Made by a program: the position numbers and the translations under genes. Below are positions 24,163-36,600 of a stretch of 64,000 nt of DNA, one piece after another; the stretch's first letter is position 1, and the number at the start of each line of letters is the position of its first letter. The stretch comes from Raillietiella orientalis (taxonomy: Eukaryota), in assembly GCA_036172245.1 (NCBI GenBank), contig JAYWIR010000056.1, positions 496,001-560,000 on the forward strand, read 5' to 3'. The notes under the pieces were generated by a model, which saw nothing but the letters and a program-made list of their open reading frames with translations, searched no databases and had not been told where the DNA came from.

Positions 24163-27100
24163 ATTGGCACCGGGTCGCGCGTCCCCGTGGCATCTCTAAA
24201 GATGGCTGCCGATGAAAATGTCGCCAACCTGAGCGGCAGAGAAATGGCGCTTTTTCCTGCGTTCGCCTCACCCTCTTGCAGACCCTTCACCCTCCGTTTT
24301 CCGGGATTTCCCTTTCAGCTTTTGTACAAAAATCAAAAAGCTGAACTGGGAAGCTCTGCCTACGAGAAAAGAGAGTAGCTTTTGGACGTACACTTCACAC
24401 ACATTTGCGTAGCAAATCTAGAATTTAATTATGGTTTGGGTGTTAGCAAGAATTTCTGCGCATGATTTATCGTTATCTTTATTTATCGTGATATATACGA
24501 ATTCAGAAAGAAAAATTGATGGAATATAAGCAATTGACTCGGATATAAGGAGATTTGAATAGGTGATTATGGAGAAATTTCGCTGATTATGTGCCAACAG
24601 CTACTACAAAACATGACTTAAGTTAATGTTAGCATTTTTTAATTGGTATGGGAATTGGAAGTCTTATACGTAGGTATCATCATGAAAAATAGGTTGTTGC
24701 TTGTAATCGGACAGCTCTAGGCCGCTGCTATAGTAAACAGCTGCCATTTTTGATTGTGCTAAGATGGCATAACAGTTAGCTGTTCAACTGAGAATGTGGA
24801 TGAAAGACGATATTGGGTAAGACAAGGCAGTCTTGTAATGCTGAATTCAGTGTTATAGCGCGAAATCTTTGGCGTGTTTAGGAGATGAGAAGACCCTTTA
24901 GAACTGCGTGTCCTTTGATTGATGAAGGAGTTGAGGTAAGCTGAGATTTCCGAGCGCTTTGAGGGGAGGAGGAAGAGGATGGATGATGAAGAATATTTAA
25001 TTGAATGAATGGGAACTCAAGGTGAGCTTGAGATGAAGGAAATGAAGCCTTCTCCCCAACGGAAGTGTAGATCCCTTAGCTCTGCCCTCCATGGGAAAGG
25101 ATTCTTTGTAACAAAGTCTCGTTCCCGAGGAGACAAGGATGCCATCACACAGTCATTTGCATCCAGTGGCCTTATAATTACGGCGAACATCTTCCAGAGA
25201 GTTTCGTCCTTCTATTCTCAGAGAAAGCTGCGATACCTGCGAACTCATCACGACAGTCTCGGTCTGCGACCTTTCCGCCATCACCGCTCATGACCCTTGC
25301 GTCTCCCTGCAACAACCTCTCGAATGCGTTGTTCTGAAAAACTTCATGTTTTGAACTCAATCTCCGTCCCCCACCGTGGTTACTACGGTATCCGAATTCG
25401 TCTCTTGGATCACCACAATAACAAGGCCTTCCAGGTGCGTTCATCGAGGATCATCCTAAGGAAGGTCCCGGCCAAACCCCGATTCGAATTAGTGGACGAT
25501 GCCCGGACGTTGTTGCATTGCTCTGGGTGCATGCAAGTAGTTCTCCGGGGAAGAGAACCTGTGTCCAAACTTTCCCCATTTCTTCACACATGGTCCCGCC
25601 ATTACCACGTGATGCTGCTCTTGGAAACAGGGTCTTTGATCTTGTATGAGAACATTGCGACAGGCATAGGGGCTTGGCATCCCCACCTATGAGGTGTAGG
25701 CCCCCGTTTCTCCCGAAGAACCTTCGAGAATCTCATCCGTTGCATTTAAATAAGGTAATGCACAGCGAAAACCATATGGAACACATGACACAGAGTCAGT
25801 GCATGCGTCCCGTGCATCGTGGTGCAGCTTTGGGGAGAAAGTTTGTCCTCCGTGATCCCTCTCGCCTACGTGTCAAGATGGAGGGGGAAGGGGACGTACG
25901 CAGGGTGTCGACGATCTCGAAAAGCCAGCAGCTGCTTTGGGGGCGTGTCCAGGGGCCAGTGAAATTCGGAGTGGGTCGGAGAACCCACCCTCGCACCCCT
26001 CTCCCTACCACGTCTTCTTTCGGCAGGGAACAGGAAAGCGGAAGCGTCTACTGGGCCTCCGACGTCGCTTCTTTCGTTTCTCACAGCTGCTGCAAGACAG
26101 AACCTCTTTCCTCCTCAGTCACGTGCTAAACAGTTTCCAGTTGATGAGTATGTGGTCTTTGCACTGACGAGGATGGAAGAAATGAAGAATGAAGAAGGTC
26201 CAGGAATGAACAAGCAGTGATTCAAAACGCTTGAGATGCCAGGGAACCTGGGGAAGGATAGCAATCTGCAAAGTTCCGTCGATGGTTCTCGATGATTTCA
26301 ATATTTTACACGATTGACTGACTTATTTACACGAACCGCTCACTCTGTACGCCGAGCTAAGTGTCCTTTTCTTTTTTCTTTTCTGTTCTTTCTTTCTTTT
26401 TGCTTTTCACACCCTCTTGGAATTATCTTGACACGTTTCTACGTAACGCAAACGAAAACAGGGCATGAATTTTGAACTATCTCTTGGTGGTATCAAATTC
26501 TTGTTTGAAGCAGCAAAGATAAGAAATTAAATGCTGGTGTGATCGAAGGGCGATCAATAAACACAAACAGATAATGCTCATGCTGCGTTCCTTGCTCTGC
26601 CCCTCAGCTGTAAACACATCGAGACCGAAAACACCAAAGCATCCGTCCCGATTAGATTTCGGAAGGTGCATCGAAAAAGCAGGAATAAACAGCTCGATGA
26701 AGAAGGAGGAGGAGGAGAAGAAAAAATATGGAATATGGGAGCGGAAGTCTTCAGGTTTGCTATTGAAACAACAGCGCTGCGCAAATCGCGTCATTTCCGT
26801 TCCAGGATTCTGATGACTCTCTCTTTCTTGGAACCAGCAGGCACCAGAGTGGAAAACTTGAGACCTATCACTTAGAGACGTCTTTCCCTTGGGAATGTCA
26901 CCAGGAAGGAGACAGAAAGGTCCAGCAAATCGTCGTAAAAATCGCGATGCACTTTGTCGAGTTCAAACGATGGCCTCGGTGTGCACAGGGGGCGTGCTCC
27001 CCCTGTGCACGCCTATGGAACACAAGAACACGCGAACGGAACAAGAGGATTGCAAGAAACGACGCTTGGTACACATGCTCTTGTATGTCTACCACCCCCT

Positions 27101-28369
27101 TTCCCTTCTCCCCAAGAGACTCAATCTTCGTTTCTAATAGCAACTACGGGCGATTTCTTCTAACAGTTCTTTTGCATGGTGTTGTGAGAGAATCGTCCTA
27201 GGGTGAACGTTCCGAATGTTTTGTCGAAAATTTCAAACCTGCTCTTACATCTTGAAAACTGAAAGAGTTCCACAGCAGAACCAACTGGAAATCCAGAATG
27301 TTCTAAGCGAGTAAGTTTGAATCGCATATTCTAACAGCGGGAGAACGAACCTTAGGTAACTTTTCAGCCAAAGAATTGCGATGTCTATTTGTATAAGAGC
27401 AGAATTTTCCGTTAAATTGATTTGCTGGTAATAAGATAAGCTGAAAGATGATAATTTCGTGGGTAGCTACTAAAACGCAGCCGCAGAGAAAAAAATTCAC
27501 CACCTGACATGCAACACATTGCTCATGCATATGCAAAATGATGAACCAACGGAAAGGGACAACTGGAAACCTTTCTTTGTCTATTTTGTGGATAATCACA
27601 GCAATATTTGTTTCGAATAGCGCATCCGGATCTGCAATTGAAAACACATGTTGGTTTGGTAAATGGATGAATGCTGAATGGTCTCAGCTTCGAGCTTTCA
27701 TGAAGAGAACAGAGGCCTCGTAGAAGATGTTTCGTTTTTCTTCAGCTGCGATGCTGCGGCGTAGGAACAGCAACAATCTGCATGGCTGTAGAAAATGGGC
27801 GAGAAATTCGCCTGGGATCGGTCAGATAGCACACAGCAGCTATCGTTACATCCGGCACAGCTCGATCACGTCAGAGCATCCTCTTCACGAGGTTCTCCTT
27901 CTTGCATCAGCTCATGGTTAAACCGGAAACAAACAGACTTGAAAAGTCTCGAGATAATGGCTTTCAGACCGAGTCGCTGAAAGCAGCTTAGAGAAGACAA
28001 TGAGGATGAATATGCGGGACAAACATGAGTTGTGACCTGTTCCCGTGAAGCGAATGGAAGAAACCGAGCCGCGTTTGCGGTGGTACACCGAGTTGAAACT
28101 GACGTGCGGCTATGCTAGATTGATGCGACTGCAACTCGGATGTAGTGGAGCTGGCTCGGGTCTAAGAATTCCTCTTGGGGACAGCAAGTTGAAACAGACT
28201 GGTTATGGCAAATGATCCGCCTCCAACCTTGAGCAGTTGTGAGCGACACTTGGCCCGAAGACTTGGCGCCGACTACGTGTGCGGAGGCAGCTTTGAAGAT
28301 GAATTCGTCTGGAAACCAGGCTCGACAGCAGTAAGCACCCTCTCTTTTGATACAAGCCGAAGAACACAA

Positions 28370-29362
28370 AGAGTTGTCCGCATTGGCGGCTGCGTGGCTG
28401 CGGCCTCTTCGCGTGGCACTGAGCGTTGCGGGTTCGAATCCCGACCGGGGAAAGATCGATGCCGATAACGATGCCGATCCCCACCCACAGGACGACGACG
28501 CTGGTTGGCCTGTTCGGGGAGGCACTGGCTGAAGCCGGAAACCCCTCGGATGACCCCGTTGACTGGATGGGGTTGAAAGTGGACCCTCCGGGGTTCTTCA
28601 AGGAACCAAGGAGCCCTTCGTGGTTCCTCTCCGGTTGTGAAAATGGAGCCGTCCCTCCCTTTCTCGGAGGGAGACTCCGTCGCGTGCCATGGAACTCGCT
28701 GATACTCCTCTCGGAGGGTTGCCTCTCCAGAGTGTCCAAGAAGCGCGCTGCCCCCTTTGGGGAACGCCCCTCAGCGAAATTAGGTAGCGTCCCTTCGGGT
28801 TTCTCTTCAGAGGAGAAAACAAGGAAAGCATGCTTCCCGAGTTCTCTTAGGAGAAGAAATGACAAGTGTCTCCCCTCTGGGGGTTTCATCCATAGGTAAT
28901 AAGGAAGACGTTCCCTGGAGGGTTTCCTCTGGAGAAGAAATTCCATGAGCGGATCCTTTCCGGGTTCTCTTTGGAGAAGAAACGAGGTGTGTCCCCTCCG
29001 GAGGTCCCTCCGGAGAGAATGAGGAAGAAAATCCTTCAAGGTTCCCTCCCAAGAGTGAGAGGGACGGACTCCATCCTCTGGAGTCCTTCTTGGATTCATA
29101 GGGTCGTCCCCTCCCAAGGGACCTTCTAACTTGAAGAGTTACTACACGCACCCTCGGGTTGCGTGGACAGCGTGAAAGAGCTTCGTGAGCGGTCAGACAA
29201 AACGGTTCTTGAGTACTCAGCGAACCAGAAAAAAAAAAAGGAAAAAAAAAAAAAAAACTGGAAGGAGAGCAGCGAAACAGAAAAGGACCCAAAAGGTTTT
29301 TCCATCACCCTAGGCTCATAGTAACGATCTCCTCTATCGTGCGGTCGCTACTGGCCTTTTAA
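28370..29362 (+). mobile_element. tRNA-derived SINE, full-length copy with TSD
   Basis: A-box-like TGGCGGCTGCGTGG and B-box GGTTCGAATCC (28431-28441). Shared body, internal A-rich tract and 3' hairpin (29313-29356). Flanked by the 10-bp direct repeat AAGAACACAA (28360-28369 and 29363-29372). Confidence 0.85.
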
Positions 29363-30213
29363 AAGAACACAAGAAGTCGGATTCCCAATATGGAAGAAAC
29401 ACGGGAACCAGCTGCTCGAGGCTCTTTGTCTTTCGTGCCAAAGAGATGGTTTCCATGACTCTCGCGGACATAATCACTCCCCGAGATGGGTTGACCAAAG
29501 ACGATGAGCGTGGGCGAGAGGTTATGTGCAGTTTTCTCTTGCTTCCAGCACTCAGCTCACCAGCCTCAGTATCCTTGAACCAAGTGGAATCGAGTTCCCC
29601 TTCTTGCATCATCCGGGATACGAGAACTTTTCATGAATCCTCAGATTCATGACTTCAAACGAGGCGCGCTTAGTTTCCAGTGCTCGAATAGGATGGTGCG
29701 TAACGCTTGCCATACATTGAAACTCTGCTCGTACGCATCCTTTAAAGCTCTTAAGATAACTGGATGACGGCAGTGAAGTAGCTCAGAGACATATCTTTAA
29801 CATCTGAGAAAATTTCATACGATAATTTCCTCTTCCCGTCCCTGACAGTTCATCTTTCACCTCGTAGATGCAGATGTTAGGGCAGGGCGCGTTAGCATTC
29901 ACGAGATGTTCTCTTCCTCAACAAAACTTCCATCTATCCTCAGGTGATCCCAGTACGACTGGAGCACCGAAGCGCACCTGCGGAGAGTCCATCCTGGCAG
30001 TGAAAGATCGGTTCACTTTGGATGAGGCATTGTCCTGTACGGCATTCAATTGCTTCTGATAGGGTTTGATTCATTAAGCCCTCTGGGATACTCCTTACTT
30101 TTTGTCTGATGCACTTCTGGTGCGGGAGGGGCACAGCACCTCCTTCCCGCTTCTCTTCTCTGCAAAAACCGCGCACAGGAACAAATTTGAAGCAAGTGTG
30201 GAACATCCGAAAC

Positions 30214-30274
30214 AACATGGCTGGAGAGGGTGTTCAAGGGTGATCCAGGAACATGGCTGGAGAGGGTGTTCAAG
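30214..30274. repeat. Tandem duplication with a 36-bp period
   Basis: AACATGGCTGGAGAGGGTGTTCAAG at 30214-30238 and 30250-30274. Confidence 0.9.
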
Positions 30275-31890
30275 CTGCTGAGGATTCGTTCCGGAATACG
30301 AAACGAATTTGCATGTGTGCGCAGCAGTACCTTGCATTCTCCTGAACTTCCCTGCATCGCGATTTCTGGAATGGTATCAACAGCCATGTCAATGGACCCC
30401 GGTTTTTAGAGGACGCTTTTGCAGCAGAATGCAATTCCTCCAGCGATGCAGGCGATCAGGTGGGTAGGATTTCTAACCGAGTTCTCAGGAGCAAACGAAT
30501 CTTCTACCTCCTTCCACTTCTGCTGACCGTAGAGAAAGAGACTCACGGCCAAGTGGCTTTACGTCTTGAAGTTTGTTTGCTTACTCCAACGAACCTGCCA
30601 CGTATAACAGAATGATGGAAAAATTACGATGGAAGATGGATCTCAGGAGACGATGCTTAACCGGAATGCTATCTAAGAAAAAGCACCAGCAGGCAAGAAG
30701 AGAGACACCATCCTCCCCGCATTCACGAGTACATGCCATCTGTGTATCGACTTCATCAGACTGGCAATTCTTCGGGTGATCCTTTGCTGCTGAAGACAGC
30801 TCTCCCAGCTTGCGAAAGATGGAATCTGGGGTGCTGCATTCCTATCCGATAAATACACACACCCCATCCATACTTTTGAGCTCAAGATCGAACGGGGAGG
30901 AGTAGCTCATACGCTTACATGTCCTGGCAGGGAACGTTGATTCGGGAGCTCAGACAAAGAGGTGGCGGTTCCAGGAATCAAATTATTGTTTTGTTAATCA
31001 GAAAAGAACAAATACAAATAGCGATGGAATACCGCAGAACAGATTGCAAATGGCTAAGGAATGCTTTTCACGTGGATGCGTCACCCAGTTTGCTTGCAGC
31101 GCCTGATGATGAAGATCTTACTCATTGGAAAAATATATCTTGAAAAAAACGTGTGCTCCTCATTTTCGCTTTGGGATCACTGGCCGTTTCCAAAAGGTCA
31201 AACATGGTGGCAGGATTCCCCAAGTTGTGACGTGAAAGGATAGCTGCTGCTTGAGAACTGATCTGAATCCCGGATCCCAACGTGGCAACTGGTGCGACGA
31301 GCCTTGGAATTTCATCCAACAGCACCGTTCATCTCAGCTAATTAGCCAAGAGGCCGGGAAGCGATGTGCGTAACTATGGTGTGCAGCGTCGGGATGGAGC
31401 ATCTTAGCATAATGCGTGTTCTTAGGGATTAAAAGAAAAGCAGTCCTCTTTCCATTCCACTGTGGATGACAGTGCGCGAGTTGCCGGAAGGACTTTCGCC
31501 CCTAATTTTACCATATAATTGCAGGCATTTTGTAAGTAAAAGTATGAGATTCTGTTTCCCCGTTGCAAAATAATGAAGGACAAGGGATATTCTTTAGAAG
31601 AACGTAAAGAAAGGAATATTCAAAATGACACAGAACATTACGAAAAAAAAAAAAAAAAAAAGACGTGAAAAATAATGAGACAAAGAATATTCTCAATTTC
31701 ACACGTTACATTTTAGTCATCTGGTTTGATATAATAATCTTTCGATGAAATGTAACAAACAAACGATCCTCCATTCCTCTTCCCCGGATTTGCTCTTCAC
31801 TTCTGGAGGGGTAAAAGATGCAACTTTTGGTTGACGAGATGGCGTTCGAAAGACCACTCAGCGGAACTGTTCCTTATGTTCTTTTCCTAC

Positions 31891-33671
31891 ATTGAACTTC
31901 AGCACTTCTTCGAGTAGCTGTTGGATCAGCGAGACGGATGTCACGAATTTTCTGGGGATGAAAATTTCATGATTTGGGGGTATTTGCTGCTCAAATAATT
32001 TGCTTGTTGTGAAAATCCGTCAAGGATCCATACAGAATCATCAAAGGCAAATATCATCACTGCACTTATTAATCTACGGGTTTTTTTTTTTTTCTTTTTT
32101 GCATTCGAAAAAAAAAAAAAACAAAGTAAACGCAAGTTCGGGTGGTCGAATTTCACGATGATAATCCCACATTGGCTCGATTGCACTACAAACACGACGG
32201 TAATGTGGATCTTTCTTCCCTTCGGTTAATGAGGAATTCTTGTTACGTGTTCGTGCATCCTGATAGAGGAAACGGTCTGTTGCCACGGTGAGAAGGTGTG
32301 AGCCTCTTAACCGATGACTGCTGTCAGGTGGAACTCGTAATCCACAGCAGTAGGAGAGTAAAACCAATTTGGAAAGAAAAAAAAGAGAACCTTCTAGAGA
32401 TGAACCGCGGACTTCCGAGCTGCAATTCCCTGCACTCGAAAGCAACCCTTCCATGGTGCTCAACTTTCGAAACGTTTCCGGCTTTGACTTTCGACTGTAC
32501 GCTGACCAGAATGCGCTGCGAGGCACCGTACACTCGCTTAAGACTTTGTGGATACAAAGCAGCTTACAAGGTCTTGGAGACGACAAGAGCGCAAGAGCGG
32601 TTCTTAATGCCAAAATTTTCAAAAGAGATGCTCGTGGAATGCTGCGGCTTTATGAATCGGAATTTAAATTTTAATTCTTTGATCTCTTTAACGGTTCGTG
32701 TCTCCAGATACAGCATCCATGCTGCGTCATCTCTGTCTTTTCAGATCAGAGGAACAATGGAGCACTTGGATGTTGCATGCAATGGCGTTCCATCAGTCTC
32801 TGCAAAAACGAAACGATACTTATTCTCTCCTTTCTCAGCATCCAGCTTTTCCGATGAGTGATCAGCGAGAAAACGACAACTTCCCAGCTTTCCTCCAAGA
32901 ATACGATGCAAGGATCTTATTTATCACAAGGTGTGAGTGTCTTGCGTTTATCCAGGTTTATTTACTCTACAATAAGTGTACCTCGTTGTCTTTTCGAGCA
33001 AGCTTAAAGAGATACATGTGGCAAAGTAACGGCGAATCGTAAGGTGGCATTCAGAACCTTAAATGTTTCGACTGTCTACATCGATTTCTTTCTGCAGAGA
33101 ATGTCGAAAACTCAGCATTCACACAAAACTCACAAGAGGGTCTCGCGAAATTTTTTCCTGGTGTTTTCTTCTTGTATCTCCAGCAAAAACGCCTTTGCCT
33201 CATCGATAGTGTTCAGAAAGAATTTTGTGAATTCCCTGTATTTTCGACTTATGTTACGGGAATCGTTATCGAGAAACTGCTGTGGATCTGAATGTTGGAA
33301 TGTGCTTAAAATGAGAATTTTGGAGAGTACAGACGATTTTTCCGTACACTTACGGGTGTTCCTTATCGCAGCTCGGAAGTAAATTCCGATCGCAGGAATT
33401 CTCGATCTCTCGGCTCAGCGGCTCATGGACTCCCTGATTCCTTGCTGATAGAGAATAAGCATACAAGGTAATACTTGCACCATTGGCAACAAACTATCAT
33501 TTCTTTTTCTTTTTTTTCTCTTAAAAGAACAAAAACACACACACACACACAAAAAAAAAGAGAAGAAAGAGTGAATCAGTCGATCTTCAGCGGCAACTTC
33601 TGGCACACACAAGGTCACTTACTCTTGTTTCGGATGTTCCCGATCAGCAACAGCAAAAGCAGGTACTTCAT
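31891..33671 (-). CDS. Putative uncharacterised secreted protein, partial multi-exon model
   Basis: Exons 33623-33671 (MKYLLLLLLIGNIRNK), 33354-33444 and 33134-33304 have strong donors (GTAAGT, GTAAGT, GTGAGT) and join in phase. A further phase-compatible exon may lie at 31891-31951 (KFVTSVSLIQQLLEEVLKFN). No homology recognised. Confidence 0.4.
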
Positions 33672-36600
33672 CCTCTCTCACCGCACGTCCTCTGGAGTCG
33701 GCCTTATCGCATGGTTTGCGTCTGCACCGCTTATCTATCTGCCTGACACACACCTGATGATCATTATGCGGATGATTGTCTGATTCTCCATGGCAAAAGA
33801 AACGAGTTCACAGGGACAAATTGGCAACGAAAACCAAAAAAAAAAAAACAAGGTGGGATAAAATAAATGAATCCATTGGAGGAAAGGGGGTGGGGAGAAG
33901 GGGACGAAACGGCACTCTCGGCTGAATGTACAATACGTCGGGTCGAATAATTCTCGCATTCTCAAGTATTTCGACTGGTTACCGTATGTACCATAAACAG
34001 AAATAGTGGGAATTTTGCATTTTCGTCTCACCCCTTCGTGGATCCTACGGGCAAAGAATAAATTCAGCTACTTCAGCGCCAACGTCGGACGAATCAGCAA
34101 AAAATTTGCTACGGGAATTTCTTACATTTCGGGAAGATCGGCGGTCGGATGGCTCGCAGATAACGTCACACGACTTATCTGCGAAGCGTAAAGGGCATGA
34201 TGAAGAGCGCAGGATAGCACCAAAATGCTATCAAAAAAAAAAAAAAAAAGCATTGCTATTCTACTTCCTTGCATCTCTTACCCTTGCAAAAGCTGCCGAT
34301 GGCATCTCAGATAATGATGTGGAGTGAAAGCAAATTTTGGTGAACCCCTTTGCTCACCTTCGATAACCCTCTTTCGAGGAGGAATCTTCAGAAAGACTGG
34401 TATTTTCTGACGATTCTAATCTGAACCTATTCTAGCAGAATTAGAATCTGTTCCAGCTCTCTTTCAAAAGCGAAGATTAGAAACCAGGCTTTTGAAAGAA
34501 ACAGTTTTAAATGCTGATGCAGAGGATTAAAGAGATTCTCGGGATAATGTGCCAAAAAATAGCGACATGGTTGGTTCTGCCTTAGTATGATACCCAACGC
34601 AAGTAAACTTTTGTACTCACACTTACATGTATTCTTTGAGACGTGTGCTTTACCACTGTTGACCCAATGCTACTATATATCTGTACTCTTAATAATACGG
34701 CCTCGGCAAATGTGGTTAAAGTTGCAGAGCACCTTAAACTTTGATTCCATCCCAAAACTGACTCTGGTGGTTAATTCATACAGTTACGATCGAGCCGATT
34801 TCAATAGAAAGAATCGAAATCCTCCTTGAATAAAATACCCAGTGCCTACACCCAAACCCAAAAAAGTCCTCTATCCCAAATTGCAACCCAGTGAAAAAGA
34901 AATAGCAACAAATTACCCAAACCAAACACAAACACGAATCGAAGAAATACATGGAATACGACGCCAGCTTGCAGTCGGAGTGTTTTGCAAATTTCTCAGA
35001 AAGGAATCGAAGAGGAATCATACAGTACAGGGGAGCATCAGTAAAGGATGCACAGTTTTGTCCACAGGATTTCTGATGTTTATTAACGAGGTAGCTCAAA
35101 CAGGCTAGAATTTTGAAATGATCGTCCCGTTTTCATTTACAGTGAAATGAAGTTCGCCTTCATTAGTTACTGGCATCCCTGCCTCTTAGGAGAAAAACTA
35201 AGCTTCAGCTCCAGTTTGGAAGTCGGTGCAACTGACTGACCAAAGTCAACGATGCACTAAGGCTAAACGGAATCGTTCAAACGAGAAGAAATACCTATCG
35301 ATTCTACCTACATAATTACTGACCTGATTCTAAAAGGTCAGGATAGTTCCCACTCTGATGCGCCTATCCATTACAGCAAAGAGCTTCTACTCATTAATTT
35401 CTTAGGAATGAAAAATGCGTATCTGATATAGATTTATTCAGCATCAGCTTTTAATTACTTTTACACGTCTTCGGAATGAGCCTCGAGATTGTTTGGAAAG
35501 CATTTGGTCCTTTGAAGATCTGCTGGGAAACCTTTGGCTCTTTAACTCTTCCCGGTCCTCTAATCTCGAGGTTCTTCCTGGAGAAAGTGAGGGTTCATCG
35601 AACAAAAACAATCTGTTGACACGAACCGGAACTTTTTCGGGATAGCAACAAATTTGGAAACTTTGCAAAGCTCCAAACGGTACTTGGACCTTGGAGAAAT
35701 AAACTGAACCACATTACGTAAATTCTAGAACGTTTACTCCGATCTCGGAGCATACGCGAATTTCGAGCATAGTAATTATTATTATTTGGTCCAACTACTG
35801 GCAGGCAACTAGGGACCCTCACTGTGGAAGTTTGTAACCTTCCTTTATCAGGTAGAAGCCAGATACCGGATACATTCAGTGATGTGCAAAACGACGATCC
35901 TTAAGCACTGCCTGAAATTATGGACTCAAAGATAAAGCCTGCATCGTGCAGGGAAATAAACATTCTGGTGATTATATTTGCTTCCTGAATGCATTGCTGG
36001 ATTCTGGAATGCATGTGTGTTCCCAATCACGAACCAACGTTATGAAAAGCTTTCCGTATACGTATATGCTGATCCTGGAGAGACGGCAAGTTAAATCTCA
36101 TTTGCTTATAAACTATCTGACACGCTTTTTAATATGTATTCTCAAATATTCATTTTTTAAATTTTTTTTTCTTTTTCTCTGAAGAGTCTCATTCAGCTTT
36201 GTTACATCAATGAGACTTACATGGACTTCCAACTTTTCCAAAACAAAGGGGAAACCCAAACAAGAAATTAAAAGCCCTTTACGTTTTCTTCGAGCTCTCC
36301 ACAAAGTAGATTCCACCTTTCTTTCTAAACATTCTATCTTCCAACCACAATGGGTGGCAAATCACTCTGATTACAAAACGCTTAAAGCTCTTTCTATTCG
36401 ACATGGCAACTTCCACGGTCTTAAAAGCAACCTGCAGATTCGGTCTTGGCGAGAGGAGCTTAGGATTTTGGATTACTGTTCACTCTAGTGACTCCTCCAC
36501 TCCTTTGAAACGGCGCCTCCACTATGAGTGCATTTAAATGAGGTATGAGAGCACCATTTACCACCCTACAAAGCAATACCAATGGCTCGACTCGAGGGTG

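Noticed and set aside
28380..28450. Functional tRNA genes at the GGTTCGAATCC motifs
   Set aside because: No complete cloverleaf or acceptor stem is present, and each motif runs into the shared SINE body.
28545..28580. Hammerhead-ribozyme-like motif CGGATGA-stem-TTGAAA in the SINE (also CTGAAGA...GAAAC near 41528)
   Set aside because: The core deviates from CUGANGA, there are extra bases between stem II and the core, I found no stems I or III, and the motif is not conserved in other copies.
28575..29095. CRISPR array interpretation of the ~40-nt units
   Set aside because: The context is eukaryotic, the units are degenerate without identical repeats or distinct spacers, and there are no cas genes.
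28203..29117. Recurrent ORFs containing SGCENGAVPP or KGGTAPFSQPE as a protein family
   Set aside because: They are translations of the GC-rich SINE on both strands, and frames and stops are not conserved between copies.
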